Shown: positions 26,923 through 35,689 of the stretch, one piece after another
Layout of the letters: every line of letters starts with the position of its first letter
Position numbering within the stretch: the stretch's first letter is position 1
Assembly: GCA_044341565.1 (NCBI GenBank)
Contig: JBIIRM010000006.1
Coordinates: forward strand, 1-50,891
Source: Minisyncoccia bacterium
Lineage (GTDB): Bacteria; Patescibacteriota; Minisyncoccia; SW-4-49-11
Direction: 5' to 3'
Length of the DNA stretch: 50,891 nt
The notes under the pieces: generated by a model
What the model saw: the letters and a program-made list of their open reading frames with translations, nothing else
Databases searched by the model: none
What the model was told of the DNA's origin: nothing
Program-made: the position numbers and the translations under genes

Positions 26923-27150
26923 CTAGACTTCTCGAGGCATATCCTTGAGGATACGCTCGCGGGAAGCTAGAGCTCCTGTTCTTAACCTTTCCAGAGAGTC
27001 AAGGGTATCTGGAGCCAACCCCCTCAAGAAATCTATTGCGTATGAACTCAATTCCTCGGAGGGAATTGCTCCCAGTGGCGCATAAATGTCGACCATATCA
27101 ATGATCTCTAAAGCCTCGAGGGCTGCATTGATAGGGTTGAGGTTGGACAT
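26923..27150 (-). CDS. hypothetical protein, compositionally atypical (GC3-rich) orphan ORF
   Basis: 75 aa. Codons are strongly C/G-ending (tcc aac ctc aac cct atc ... ctc gag), unlike the neighbours. It has its own promoter and terminator. No family recognised. Confidence 0.6.
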   Translation of the reverse strand: MSNLNPINAALEALEIIDMVDIYAPLGAIPSEELSSYAIDFLRGLAPDTLDSLERLRTGALASRERILKDMPREV

Positions 27151-27176
27151 AGAATAACCAGAATTACGACTTTAAA

Positions 27177-27205
27177 AATATATCATATTTTTCTAATTTT
27201 GTCAA
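27177..27205 (-). promoter_or_regulatory. promoter of the GC-rich 75-aa ORF
   Basis: On the minus strand: TTGACA (27200-27205), 17-nt spacer, TGATATATT extended -10 (hexamer at 27177-27182). Confidence 0.6.
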
Positions 27206-27274
27206 CCCAAAACAACATATTTATTTTTACCTTAGAATGTGTTATAATAGCTCTACATATACTATCTATTCCCT

Positions 27275-27865
27275 ATGCTTAAGCGAAAATCCTCATCTTA
27301 TACTTTTGAACCTATTGAGGAGGGAACTTTACCATTTGATGCCAATGCTAAACGCAATATTACCGATCAACTTGCTTGGGCGAAGAGAGAGGATATACTC
27401 GAGACTATTAATGAAAACAAAATCCCTATATCTCTCTTACTTGTGAATATTGAGAGAGACAACAATATTGGCAATATTATAAGGTCAGCCAATACCTTTG
27501 GGGTAGAGGAGGTGCTTATTTATGGACGCAAGAAATTTGACCGCCGAACTAGTGTTGGAGCTGAATTTTTTATGCAATTTCGGCATATTCGCTTTATAGA
27601 GGAATTAGAGCCTCTCAAACAAGAGTTTGATATTATGCTCGGATTAGAGCAAACTCCTGATTCAGTAGAATTACATTCTTATCAATGGCCTCAAAATACT
27701 AAAATACTCATCGCCATTGGTCATGAGGGTACAGGTCTCCCACCAGAAGTGTTGAGTTTATGTGATCAAACCCTTGAGATAGAACAATACGGCACTACTA
27801 GATCCCTGAATGTATCTGTCGCTACAGGGATTATACTATATGATTATAGAGTGAAAAACCTTTAG
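27275..27865 (+). CDS. SpoU/TrmH family RNA 2'-O-methyltransferase
   Basis: Contains NIGNIIRSANTFGV, IAIGHEGTGLPPEVL and SLNVSVATGIILYD. Confidence 0.85.
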   Translation: MLKRKSSSYTFEPIEEGTLPFDANAKRNITDQLAWAKREDILETINENKIPISLLLVNIERDNNIGNIIRSANTFGVEEVLIYGRKKFDRRTSVGAEFFMQFRHIRFIEELEPLKQEFDIMLGLEQTPDSVELHSYQWPQNTKILIAIGHEGTGLPPEVLSLCDQTLEIEQYGTTRSLNVSVATGIILYDYRVKNL

Positions 27866-27926
27866 TTATAAAACTTGATACCCACTATTAAAACTGGGGT
27901 TTTTATTATATTTCAAATTAATAGAA

Positions 27927-27947
27927 ACCGACTGTATGGCAGTCGGA
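27927..27947 (-). terminator. intrinsic terminator of the 54-aa ORF
   Basis: CCGACTG-N5-CAGTCGG, followed on the minus strand by TTTCTATTAATTT. Confidence 0.55.
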
Positions 27948-27966
27948 GGGTTAAAAGTAAATATAA

Positions 27967-28131
27967 TTAAAAAGATGGAGGAGGGATAGGCATACCCCAC
28001 AGAGCCATAAGACTCTCATGACGGACAAGAGCATATCTTGCCTCAGAATTATTTTTTTGGTCATTATATTTTTTTCTCAAAATATTTAACCCATAAGCAA
28101 AGTGCTGAGCAACAGGATGATTAGCATCCAT
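27967..28131 (-). CDS. hypothetical small protein (54 aa), not in ORF track
   Basis: Sequence MDANHPVAQHFAYGLNILRKKYNDQKNNSEARYALVRHESLMALWGMPIPPPSF. Preceded by TTGATA, 17-nt spacer, TGGTATAGT, and by GGAGGG 4 nt before the ATG. Followed by a terminator. Confidence 0.5.
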   Translation of the reverse strand: MDANHPVAQHFAYGLNILRKKYNDQKNNSEARYALVRHESLMALWGMPIPPPSF

Positions 28132-28210
28132 AATACCCTCCAAAGAGCAAATTGTAAAAAAACTATACCATAAATCTTAAATTTTATCAAAAATTATTAG
28201 CTTTTTTAGC

Positions 28211-28549
28211 TTATTCACTTAATTCATCCAATAACTTATCCAGTTCATAAGCCTCGAGAGCCTCGGTATCTATCTCAAATCGGAGTTCCGGGGAGCGACC
28301 TCTTGAGAGTATATCAGCGAGGAAATATTCATATTCTTTATGCGTCTTACGAAGCTTTTGTAATACAGTACCTTGTTTGTCATTCGGGAAAACTGTCACC
28401 TTGATATCTGCCACTTGCAAATCTGCACTCACAATTACTCTTGATACCGTAACTAGAATACCAGGATCTACATCTAATTCTCGGAGTAGCAATAGGGATA
28501 ATTGCTCCTGTATTAATTGTTGATACCGAATTAAATGCCTATCCGCCAT
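28211..28549 (-). CDS. rbfA: ribosome-binding factor A
   Basis: 112 aa with the RbfA pattern (LIQEQLSLLLLRELDVDPGILVTVSRVIVSADLQVADIKV). Lies downstream of infB. Confidence 0.88.
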   Translation of the reverse strand: MADRHLIRYQQLIQEQLSLLLLRELDVDPGILVTVSRVIVSADLQVADIKVTVFPNDKQGTVLQKLRKTHKEYEYFLADILSRGRSPELRFEIDTEALEAYELDKLLDELSE

Positions 28550-28552
28550 AGA

Positions 28553-30049
28553 TTATTTTTTAATCTGCTCATAGACATAGAGAATATCTCCTGTTACTGG
28601 AGTTGTTTTCTTGAAAGATACTGAGAGCACCATTCCACATTCATTACCCTCTGATACATCAGATACATCTTGTTTATCTTGTTGAAGATTGGATAATTTT
28701 CCTTGTACAATAACCTTACCTTCTGAGTTTTCAATTTCAATTAATCCATTGCGTACCATACGCCCAGTTTGTACAATACCTCCCAAAATAAGGCTTTTCT
28801 TATCTTCCTTGAATACTTTCAATACTTTAAGTTCTCCTAAATCGATTCTGGTAACTTTTGGTCCCTCTAATTGAGTGATTTGATCTCGAATTTCATCAAT
28901 TAATTCATAAATAAGCCGATAATATTTGATAGCTACATCCTTGAGTTCAGCTAATTCTTTAATTTTCTTATCTTGTTTAATACCAAATCCTAATATTACC
29001 GCTTGTTGTACTTTTGCTTGAGCAATATCATTAGCAGTAATATCTCCTACTTCTCGTCCTACAATGGTAATTTTAATATCCAGTTGCACAATTTGCCCAA
29101 GAGCATATTCTATAGCATCCAGAGACCCAATAGAATCGGCTTTAATAATAAGATTAAGAGTTTTCTCTTTTTCAAGAAGAGATTGAATAACAGGATTATT
29201 GGCCGGAGGTATTTTGGCAGATTCAATCAAAGCCATAGCATCATTTTCTGAGGCGACTACACGGAATTCATCTCCCGCTGATGCCACGCCTTTTAACCCT
29301 AATATACGAGCAGGCTGTGCTGGTAAAGCCTCTTTTATCATAGCTCCTGCATCATTGGTCATACGGCGGATTTTGCCATATACCGTATTCCCGACCAATA
29401 CCACATCTCCTAATTTTAATTTTCCATTTAATACTACAATATCAGATAATGGTCCTGCTTTAGAATCAAGGAATGACTCCAAAATAAATCCATCGGTTGC
29501 AGCGGGGTTATAATTAGCTTTTAATTCCTCCACTTCTGCTACAAGAGCTATCATTTCGAGAAGTTCTGGAATACCTTCACCACTAACTGAAGATACATTT
29601 TGTACAATGGTTTGTCCTCCCCATTCTTCAGGAGTAAGCTCTAATTCAGCTAAATCAGCTTTGATCTTATCTAATACAAGATTTTGTTTATCAATTTTAG
29701 TAATAGCTACAATAATAGGTAATTGAGTACTTTTAGCAAGTTCAATAGCCTCAAGAGTTTGAGGTTTCACACCCTCGTCTCCCGCAATAACAATAATAAT
29801 AATATCAGCTGTTCTAATTCCACGACTTCGAATAGATTTAAAAGCTTCATGACCAGGAGTATCAATAAAAGTAATAGTAGCATCCTTATGAGATACCTGA
29901 TAAGACCCAATATGTTGGGTAATACCCCCAGCTTCACCTGCAGTTACATTAGCCTTACGAATATAATCGAGAAGACTAGTTTTCCCATGATCAATATGTC
30001 CCATAATGGTGACTATTGGAGGGCGAGGCTGAATAGTTGAATCTGACAT
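28553..30049 (-). CDS. infB: translation initiation factor IF-2 (short form lacking the long N-terminal region)
   Basis: Contains RPPIVTIMGHIDHGKTSLLD, DTPGHEAF and TKIDK, plus the C-terminal beta-barrel domains. Confidence 0.95.
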   Translation of the reverse strand: MSDSTIQPRPPIVTIMGHIDHGKTSLLDYIRKANVTAGEAGGITQHIGSYQVSHKDATITFIDTPGHEAFKSIRSRGIRTADIIIIVIAGDEGVKPQTLEAIELAKSTQLPIIVAITKIDKQNLVLDKIKADLAELELTPEEWGGQTIVQNVSSVSGEGIPELLEMIALVAEVEELKANYNPAATDGFILESFLDSKAGPLSDIVVLNGKLKLGDVVLVGNTVYGKIRRMTNDAGAMIKEALPAQPARILGLKGVASAGDEFRVVASENDAMALIESAKIPPANNPVIQSLLEKEKTLNLIIKADSIGSLDAIEYALGQIVQLDIKITIVGREVGDITANDIAQAKVQQAVILGFGIKQDKKIKELAELKDVAIKYYRLIYELIDEIRDQITQLEGPKVTRIDLGELKVLKVFKEDKKSLILGGIVQTGRMVRNGLIEIENSEGKVIVQGKLSNLQQDKQDVSDVSEGNECGMVLSVSFKKTTPVTGDILYVYEQIKK

Positions 30050-30054
30050 AATAT

Positions 30055-30537
30055 CTAAAGTTTATTGATGAGTGGAGTATTAATAGCTGAGGCAAGTACT
30101 GCAGTTTCCTCTTCACTGAGAGTTTGAGCTGAGCGACCTTTTTCTATAGCTTTGGCATAAGAGCGACCTCCTTGCTCTCGAGTTGCAATATAAGTAAGTA
30201 ATATACCTGAGTTTTCATTATTCAAGAGGGCGGCAGTAAAACTCGTATCACCACCCATATCCGCAAAGGGATTAAATCGTTTAATCGCAACTTTATGCAC
30301 AGTATAATTAAGAATTGTACTATGGGATTGCAATTCTGTAAAGATTTTATCAAGCTGTTTATCAATAGTTTGGAATTTTTGAGAATATGATTCCAATAAT
30401 TGATCCACATTGTCTATAGTCTCAGATTGAAATACCCCCTTAATCTTATTCTGTAAAAATCGAACTCTCCAAAAGCTATATGCAGCTAAGGCAAGAGAAG
30501 CAATGCTCAGAATAATGAAAAAGATGTTCAATACCAT
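30055..30537 (-). CDS. DUF4446-like membrane-anchored protein
   Basis: N-terminal TM helix, then RFNPFADMGGDTSFTAALLNNENSGILLTYIATREQGGRSYAKAIEKGRS..LSEEE. The likely start is ATG at 30537, whereas the ORF-track start is at 30603. Confidence 0.7.
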   Translation of the reverse strand: MVLNIFFIILSIASLALAAYSFWRVRFLQNKIKGVFQSETIDNVDQLLESYSQKFQTIDKQLDKIFTELQSHSTILNYTVHKVAIKRFNPFADMGGDTSFTAALLNNENSGILLTYIATREQGGRSYAKAIEKGRSAQTLSEEETAVLASAINTPLINKL

Positions 30538-30608
30538 AACCTTGATAAATACTATTAATACCTTTATAATACAACTATTCAAGCCTTTTGACAAGCTTAT
30601 CAAGCATT

Positions 30609-31409
30609 ATGACACAATCCCAAATTATATCCTTATTAAAAGAATATCAGATAAAACCCTTAGAGTCTTTATCCCAGAATTTTTTTATTGAAAAAGATTT
30701 ACTTATCAAAATTATTAATAAAATCAATATAAGCCCTGATTCTACTTTATTAGAAATAGGTCCAGGGCTTGGCTCACTCACTGAATTATTGATACAACAA
30801 AAGGTTCCCGTCATCGCGGTAGAACTCGATAAAACCTTTGCTTCTATATTACCCAGCATACTCAAAAACCCAGCCAATCTCACCGTATATCATCAAGATA
30901 TACTCAAATCCCAAGATATTATAGATACCATCAAGACACCATATGTGGTTATTGCTAATATACCCTATCATATTACGGGAGCCATAATTCGATTACTTGT
31001 AGATAGAGATAATCCTGCAGATAGCATTAATCTCCTTATTCAAAAAGAAGTGGCTAATAATCTTCTGTCCCATGAGAAATCCTTATTTCAACTCAGTGTC
31101 AATATATATGCTGATGTCAAACTGTTATCCCACATCGCTAAAGAATGTTTTTACCCAAAGCCAAAAGTAGATTCTAGCTTTATACAGCTTATACCCCATA
31201 ATCGCTATGCCGAGTATAATAGAGAAGAGATCATACAATTCGCCAAATTAGCCTTCCGACAAAAGCGAAAGAAAATTTCCTCCTCTCTCAAGCCCAAACT
31301 CACACAATCAATAGGGGAGTGCTCCCAAAATATTCAAGAGCTCCTCTCTCTACGACCCGAGAATCTCACTATAAATAATTGGATAGATCTGTATCAGGGA
31401 TTAAAATAA
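30609..31409 (+). CDS. rsmA: 16S rRNA (adenine1518/1519-N6)-dimethyltransferase RsmA/KsgA
   Basis: Contains SLSQNFFIEKDLL and LEIGPGLGSLTELL. The first ATG is at 30609; the ORF-track start is TTG at 30588. Confidence 0.9.
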   Translation: MTQSQIISLLKEYQIKPLESLSQNFFIEKDLLIKIINKINISPDSTLLEIGPGLGSLTELLIQQKVPVIAVELDKTFASILPSILKNPANLTVYHQDILKSQDIIDTIKTPYVVIANIPYHITGAIIRLLVDRDNPADSINLLIQKEVANNLLSHEKSLFQLSVNIYADVKLLSHIAKECFYPKPKVDSSFIQLIPHNRYAEYNREEIIQFAKLAFRQKRKKISSSLKPKLTQSIGECSQNIQELLSLRPENLTINNWIDLYQGLK

Positions 31410-31412
31410 ATA

Positions 31413-31432
31413 ACCCTGCCTTGTGACAGGGT
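31413..31432 (-). terminator. hairpin terminator between convergent rsmA and the 75-aa ORF
   Basis: ACCCTG-N8-CAGGGT, followed on the minus strand by TATTTATTTTA. Confidence 0.55.
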
Positions 31433-31454
31433 ATTGAGATGAAATGTAAATTCT

Positions 31455-31682
31455 CTATATTCGATCTATGTCTGCCTCCAAAAGAATCACCATTCTCTTT
31501 AACTCAGCAACCTCCTCTCTTAGATGGGATAAATGCTTTCTCCTTAAATCTGGGAGAATGGGTAGTTTTTTGTCTAAAGAGATTTGGAGATTAGATGAAA
31601 TTCTCCCTATAGCCGCAATATTACCTCGAAGAGTGGTGAGAAGATTCATGGATTTTGATACCTTGCGAGTCAATAGTAGCAT
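31455..31682 (-). CDS. hypothetical helical protein
   Basis: 75-aa ORF with a terminator downstream. A same-size antisense ORF also exists, so the strand choice is tentative. Confidence 0.4.
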   Translation of the reverse strand: MLLLTRKVSKSMNLLTTLRGNIAAIGRISSNLQISLDKKLPILPDLRRKHLSHLREEVAELKRMVILLEADIDRI

Positions 31683-31723
31683 ATTTTGATTATGTATTCA
31701 AAATAAAAACCTCTTTCTTATTC

Positions 31724-31752
31724 TTTGCAAAACTATTGCCATATGATATACT
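31724..31752 (+). promoter_or_regulatory. promoter giving a leaderless or near-leaderless mRNA for the VirB4-like locus
   Basis: TTTGCA (31724-31729), 17-nt spacer, TGATATACT (hexamer at 31747-31752). Only 6 nt separate the -10 element from the ATG at 31759. Confidence 0.55.
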
Positions 31753-31758
31753 CACTAT

Positions 31759-32436
31759 ATGGCTAATAAAAAATCAAACATTAAAAATAAGCCGGAGACT
31801 AGTACGCAAAAGTACTTATCTATCGACACTATTCAAGACAGCGTGGTGATTCTCAAAGATGGGGGATTGAGGGCTGTTTTGATGACTTCTTCTATTAATT
31901 TTGACCTCAAATCTTCTGATGAGCAGGACGCAATTATTTATGCCTATCAGAATTTTATTAATTCTCTTGACTTCCCTCTTCAAATACAGGTAAGCTCCAG
32001 GGTTTTGAATATTAATGGATATCTCAACTATCTTTCTGAGTTTCAACAAACCCAGCAAAATGATTTATTACGTCTTCAAATTGGAGAATATTCTCAATTT
32101 ATTCAGGAATTGGTGGCGGATGCTAATATTGTAAACAAAACCTTTTATGTAGTTATTCCTTTTGATCCGGTTGAGATAAAAGAAGGTCTTTTTGATAAAC
32201 TCAGCAATGCGCTTAATCCCAAAATTGCAGTCCGTTATAATAAACAGGAGTTTGAGAAGTACAAAACTCAGCTTTGGCAAAGAGTAAATGGAGTTATGTA
32301 TGGACTTAAGAGGGCTGGGATCTATATGACTCCTCTCAATACACAGGAATTAATTGAATTATATTATTCATTTTATAATCCTGATTCCAGACCAACTGAA
32401 TCTCTTCATGATTTGGCTGAATTAGATATTACTTAG
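31759..32436 (+). CDS. VirB4/TraC-family N-terminal-domain-like protein (separate ORF)
   Basis: The pattern IQDSVVILKDGGLRAVLMTSSINFDLKSSDEQDAIIYAYQNFINSLDFPLQIQV resembles the extreme N-terminus of Gram-positive-type VirB4 ATPases. The stop is TAG, 3 nt before the next ATG. Confidence 0.6.
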   Translation: MANKKSNIKNKPETSTQKYLSIDTIQDSVVILKDGGLRAVLMTSSINFDLKSSDEQDAIIYAYQNFINSLDFPLQIQVSSRVLNINGYLNYLSEFQQTQQNDLLRLQIGEYSQFIQELVADANIVNKTFYVVIPFDPVEIKEGLFDKLSNALNPKIAVRYNKQEFEKYKTQLWQRVNGVMYGLKRAGIYMTPLNTQELIELYYSFYNPDSRPTESLHDLAELDIT

Positions 32437-32439
32437 TAT

Positions 32440-34269
32440 ATGGCAAAGAAACAAGCACAAACCACTCCAGAAATTGCTGATTTCCTCAAAGGGCAAAATA
32501 CTCTTCGAGATCTTTTGGCACCTGCAAGTATTTTAGTAGATCCTAAATATATTCAAATTGGTTCTCAATTTGCTCGTACTATTTTTGTGATGACATATCC
32601 TCGATTCCTGGTAACCGGATGGTTTAGCCCACTTATTACCCTAGATTATGTCTTGGATATTTCTATGTTCCTATATCCTATGGATAGTGGGGTTATCTTG
32701 AAGAATCTGAGAACCCAAGTTACCCGCTTTCAGGCTCAAATTAGTATTGCTCAGGAAAAAGGTCTCGTACGCGACCCTATGGTGGAAACGGCTTATCAGG
32801 ATGCTGAGAATCTTAGAGATCAATTACAGCAGGGGACTGAGAGATTTTTCCGCTTTGGACTGTATATTACCGTTTATGCAGATAGCCTACCACAATTAGA
32901 AAAAAATATTGCTCAAATAGACAGTATGCTTCAGACCAAAATGGTATATTCTAAGCCTTGTTTATTCCAAACTGAACAGGGATTCCAATCTACTATTCCT
33001 CTTCTCAAAGATGATTTAGCTATTGCCAATAATCTTAATACATCTCCGCTATCTACTACATTTCCCTTTATTTCTGCCAGTATTTCCTCTAATAAAGGGA
33101 TTCTGTATGGAATTAATCGCCATAATAATAGTCTTATTCTCTTTGATAGATTTTCTATGGAAAATGCCAATGAGGTTATTTTTGCAAAATCAGGAGCAGG
33201 AAAAAGCTATCTGGCTAAGCTTGAAATCTTGAGACATCTTATGCTCAATGTTGATGTTCTTGTGATTGACCCTGAGAATGAATATTCTTATCTTACCGAG
33301 GCCGTAGGCGGAACCTTTATTAAAATATCCCTCAATTCAAATCAGCATATTAATCCTTTTGATTTACCCACACCTCGAGATGATGAGAATCCCGCTGATT
33401 TACTCAAATCTAATATTGCAGATTTATTAAGTATGCTCAAGCTTATGCTTCAAGGGGAGAATGAAAGAGACAAATTTCTTGCTGAAGAAGAGGCGGTATT
33501 AGATAGAGCTTTGTATGAGACATATGCTAGCAAAGATATTAGTCTTGAGTCACCAAATTATGAAAATAAAGATATTCCTACTCTTTCTGACTTAGAGAAT
33601 ATTCTTAATAATATGGAGGGGGGAGAAAGTCTCGCTATTCGACTATCCAAATATACTACTGGGAGCTTTAGTGGTTTTGTGAATGAACCTACCAATATTA
33701 ATTTTGCTAATCAATTAGTAGTATTCAATACTCGAGATATGGAGGATGCACTTCAACCTTTAGCTATGTTTGTCGTAACTCAATATATTTGGAAAGAGAT
33801 TAGAAGAACTCTCAAAAAGCGTATTCTTGTAGTAGATGAGGCCTGGGTTATGATGAAGGATAAGGCTGTAGCATCTTTTCTTTTCTCACTTGCCAAAAGA
33901 GCCCGTAAATATTATCTTGGGCTTACCACTATTACTCAGGATATTGCTGATTTCCTCGCCTCAGAATATGGAAAAGCTATTCTGACCAACTCATCAATAC
34001 AAATTCTCTTGAAACAATCTCCAGCCTCTATAGATATTATTAAAGATACCTTTTATCTTACTGAAGAAGAAAAATTCCTTCTTCTAGAGTCAGATGTGGG
34101 AGAGGGGATATTCTTTGCAGGACTTAAACATGCGGCTATTAAGGTGGTAGCATCATATGGAGAAGATCAGATTATAACCTCGGACCCTGAACAATTACTC
34201 AAGATTCAGGCCGCCAAAGCTCAAGTTACTGACGAAGCTAACTCAGACCCATTCTCATTAAACTTATAA
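32440..34269 (+). CDS. VirB4/TrbE-like type IV secretion ATPase
   Basis: Walker A AKSGAGKSYLAK, then VIDPENEY, and Walker B ILVVDEAW. The preceding region (TIFVMTYPRFLVTGWFSPL) is typical of the VirB4 middle domain. Confidence 0.85.
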   Translation: MAKKQAQTTPEIADFLKGQNTLRDLLAPASILVDPKYIQIGSQFARTIFVMTYPRFLVTGWFSPLITLDYVLDISMFLYPMDSGVILKNLRTQVTRFQAQISIAQEKGLVRDPMVETAYQDAENLRDQLQQGTERFFRFGLYITVYADSLPQLEKNIAQIDSMLQTKMVYSKPCLFQTEQGFQSTIPLLKDDLAIANNLNTSPLSTTFPFISASISSNKGILYGINRHNNSLILFDRFSMENANEVIFAKSGAGKSYLAKLEILRHLMLNVDVLVIDPENEYSYLTEAVGGTFIKISLNSNQHINPFDLPTPRDDENPADLLKSNIADLLSMLKLMLQGENERDKFLAEEEAVLDRALYETYASKDISLESPNYENKDIPTLSDLENILNNMEGGESLAIRLSKYTTGSFSGFVNEPTNINFANQLVVFNTRDMEDALQPLAMFVVTQYIWKEIRRTLKKRILVVDEAWVMMKDKAVASFLFSLAKRARKYYLGLTTITQDIADFLASEYGKAILTNSSIQILLKQSPASIDIIKDTFYLTEEEKFLLLESDVGEGIFFAGLKHAAIKVVASYGEDQIITSDPEQLLKIQAAKAQVTDEANSDPFSLNL

Positions 34270-34275
34270 AATTAT

Positions 34276-35397
34276 ATGCAATTCTTTAAGAACAAAATAG
34301 TACTAATCCTCACAATTGGGGTTATACCTCTTATTATCATTAGTATACTCACTTTTGGGTATATTGGTAATCGTAATACCGAAAAAGTAACTGATACCAC
34401 TAAGACTGAAGAGAAACAAGTAGATACTACTCGTCTTGCTACCAAAATTTCAGACAAAGCTATTGTCAACGCTACTATTGATACCAGTAATAGTATAAAA
34501 TATTATTCTCTCGATAAGGGGCAAACTTTTCAAATTCCCGCTAGTGGGGGAGATGCCAAGCTATTGGATGAAACGAGTTTAATTGGTATAACTTCCGTGC
34601 AGTGGGCCCCCACAGCTCCTTATGTATTAACCCAGATCAAAGATAGAGTATATACCTTTAATTATAGTACTCGCAAATCTTTTGCCTTTCCTATTGATGT
34701 GATATCTGGTCAATTCCTATCAGATAATCGAGTATTCTATACCTTTAAAAATAATGCTGTGGGAGGAGATGCTGCTGTTGATCTCTCAGTTAGTAATCCT
34801 GATGGGTCAGATTGGAAAAAAATTATTACCCTTACCTCTAGTGCTGTATTTCTAAAAGGTATCCCTTTTCAGAATAGTATAAGCCAAACCCTTATCCCAA
34901 GCAGCTATAGAGCCTCTGCTCTCAGAATTATAGATATTAGTACTGGGGAAGCAAAATCTGTATTAGAGGAAAAAAATGGTCTTAATGTATCTTGGTCTCC
35001 TGATGGAGAAAGAGGAATTATCTCTTATACCACTGAGCGAGGAGGATCTACTTTGGGATTATCTGTAATCAATAAGGCTGGTATTGAAATTGCGAAAATT
35101 GAAAAGGCAGGGACAATAGCTGAGAAAATTGCTTGGAGCCCAGATAGTAAAACCGCCTATTTTACCAAGGCAGAAGTTGCTAATACCAAAATACTTCCTG
35201 ATGATTATTATAGCTCTAATCTTGGGGACTTTAATGAAAGTTTATACAAAGTAGATATTGCAACAGCCACAACCTCACAATTATCCGCGAATATCGGAAA
35301 TGTAGATTCTAAAGATTTATTCCTCAATGAAGCTGGAACAGAATTATTCTTTACCAATCGTAAAGATAATAATTTATATAAAGTACCTCTTAATTAA
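34276..35397 (+). CDS. membrane-anchored TolB-like (PD40/WD40-like beta-propeller) protein
   Basis: N-terminal TM helix and repeated WSPDG / WSPDS motifs. Confidence 0.7.
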   Translation: MQFFKNKIVLILTIGVIPLIIISILTFGYIGNRNTEKVTDTTKTEEKQVDTTRLATKISDKAIVNATIDTSNSIKYYSLDKGQTFQIPASGGDAKLLDETSLIGITSVQWAPTAPYVLTQIKDRVYTFNYSTRKSFAFPIDVISGQFLSDNRVFYTFKNNAVGGDAAVDLSVSNPDGSDWKKIITLTSSAVFLKGIPFQNSISQTLIPSSYRASALRIIDISTGEAKSVLEEKNGLNVSWSPDGERGIISYTTERGGSTLGLSVINKAGIEIAKIEKAGTIAEKIAWSPDSKTAYFTKAEVANTKILPDDYYSSNLGDFNESLYKVDIATATTSQLSANIGNVDSKDLFLNEAGTELFFTNRKDNNLYKVPLN

Positions 35398-35420
35398 TCG
35401 CTTGATAATAGCATAAGTAT

Positions 35421-35681
35421 ATGCTATTATCTCTAGTATCTGTACCTTATACAATGACTAGTCCAATCTATCGTTTCCACAGATATTATTTTGGAATATT
35501 AGTAGGAACTTTTTGTATTGGATTTGGAATAATTTGTTTGTTCAAAGCACCTTTGACTATATTTAACCCATACTTGTATCTAGGAATAGTCCTTTCTGGT
35601 ACAGGTGCCATACTTATTAAAAGACCCCCTAAATCGAGAGGTTCCTATCGACCACAAAAGTATACACCACCCCAAGTCTAG
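35421..35681 (+). CDS. hypothetical small membrane protein
   Basis: 86 aa with two predicted TM helices and a basic tail. Confidence 0.5.
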   Translation: MLLSLVSVPYTMTSPIYRFHRYYFGILVGTFCIGFGIICLFKAPLTIFNPYLYLGIVLSGTGAILIKRPPKSRGSYRPQKYTPPQV

Positions 35682-35689
35682 CTCGTGAG

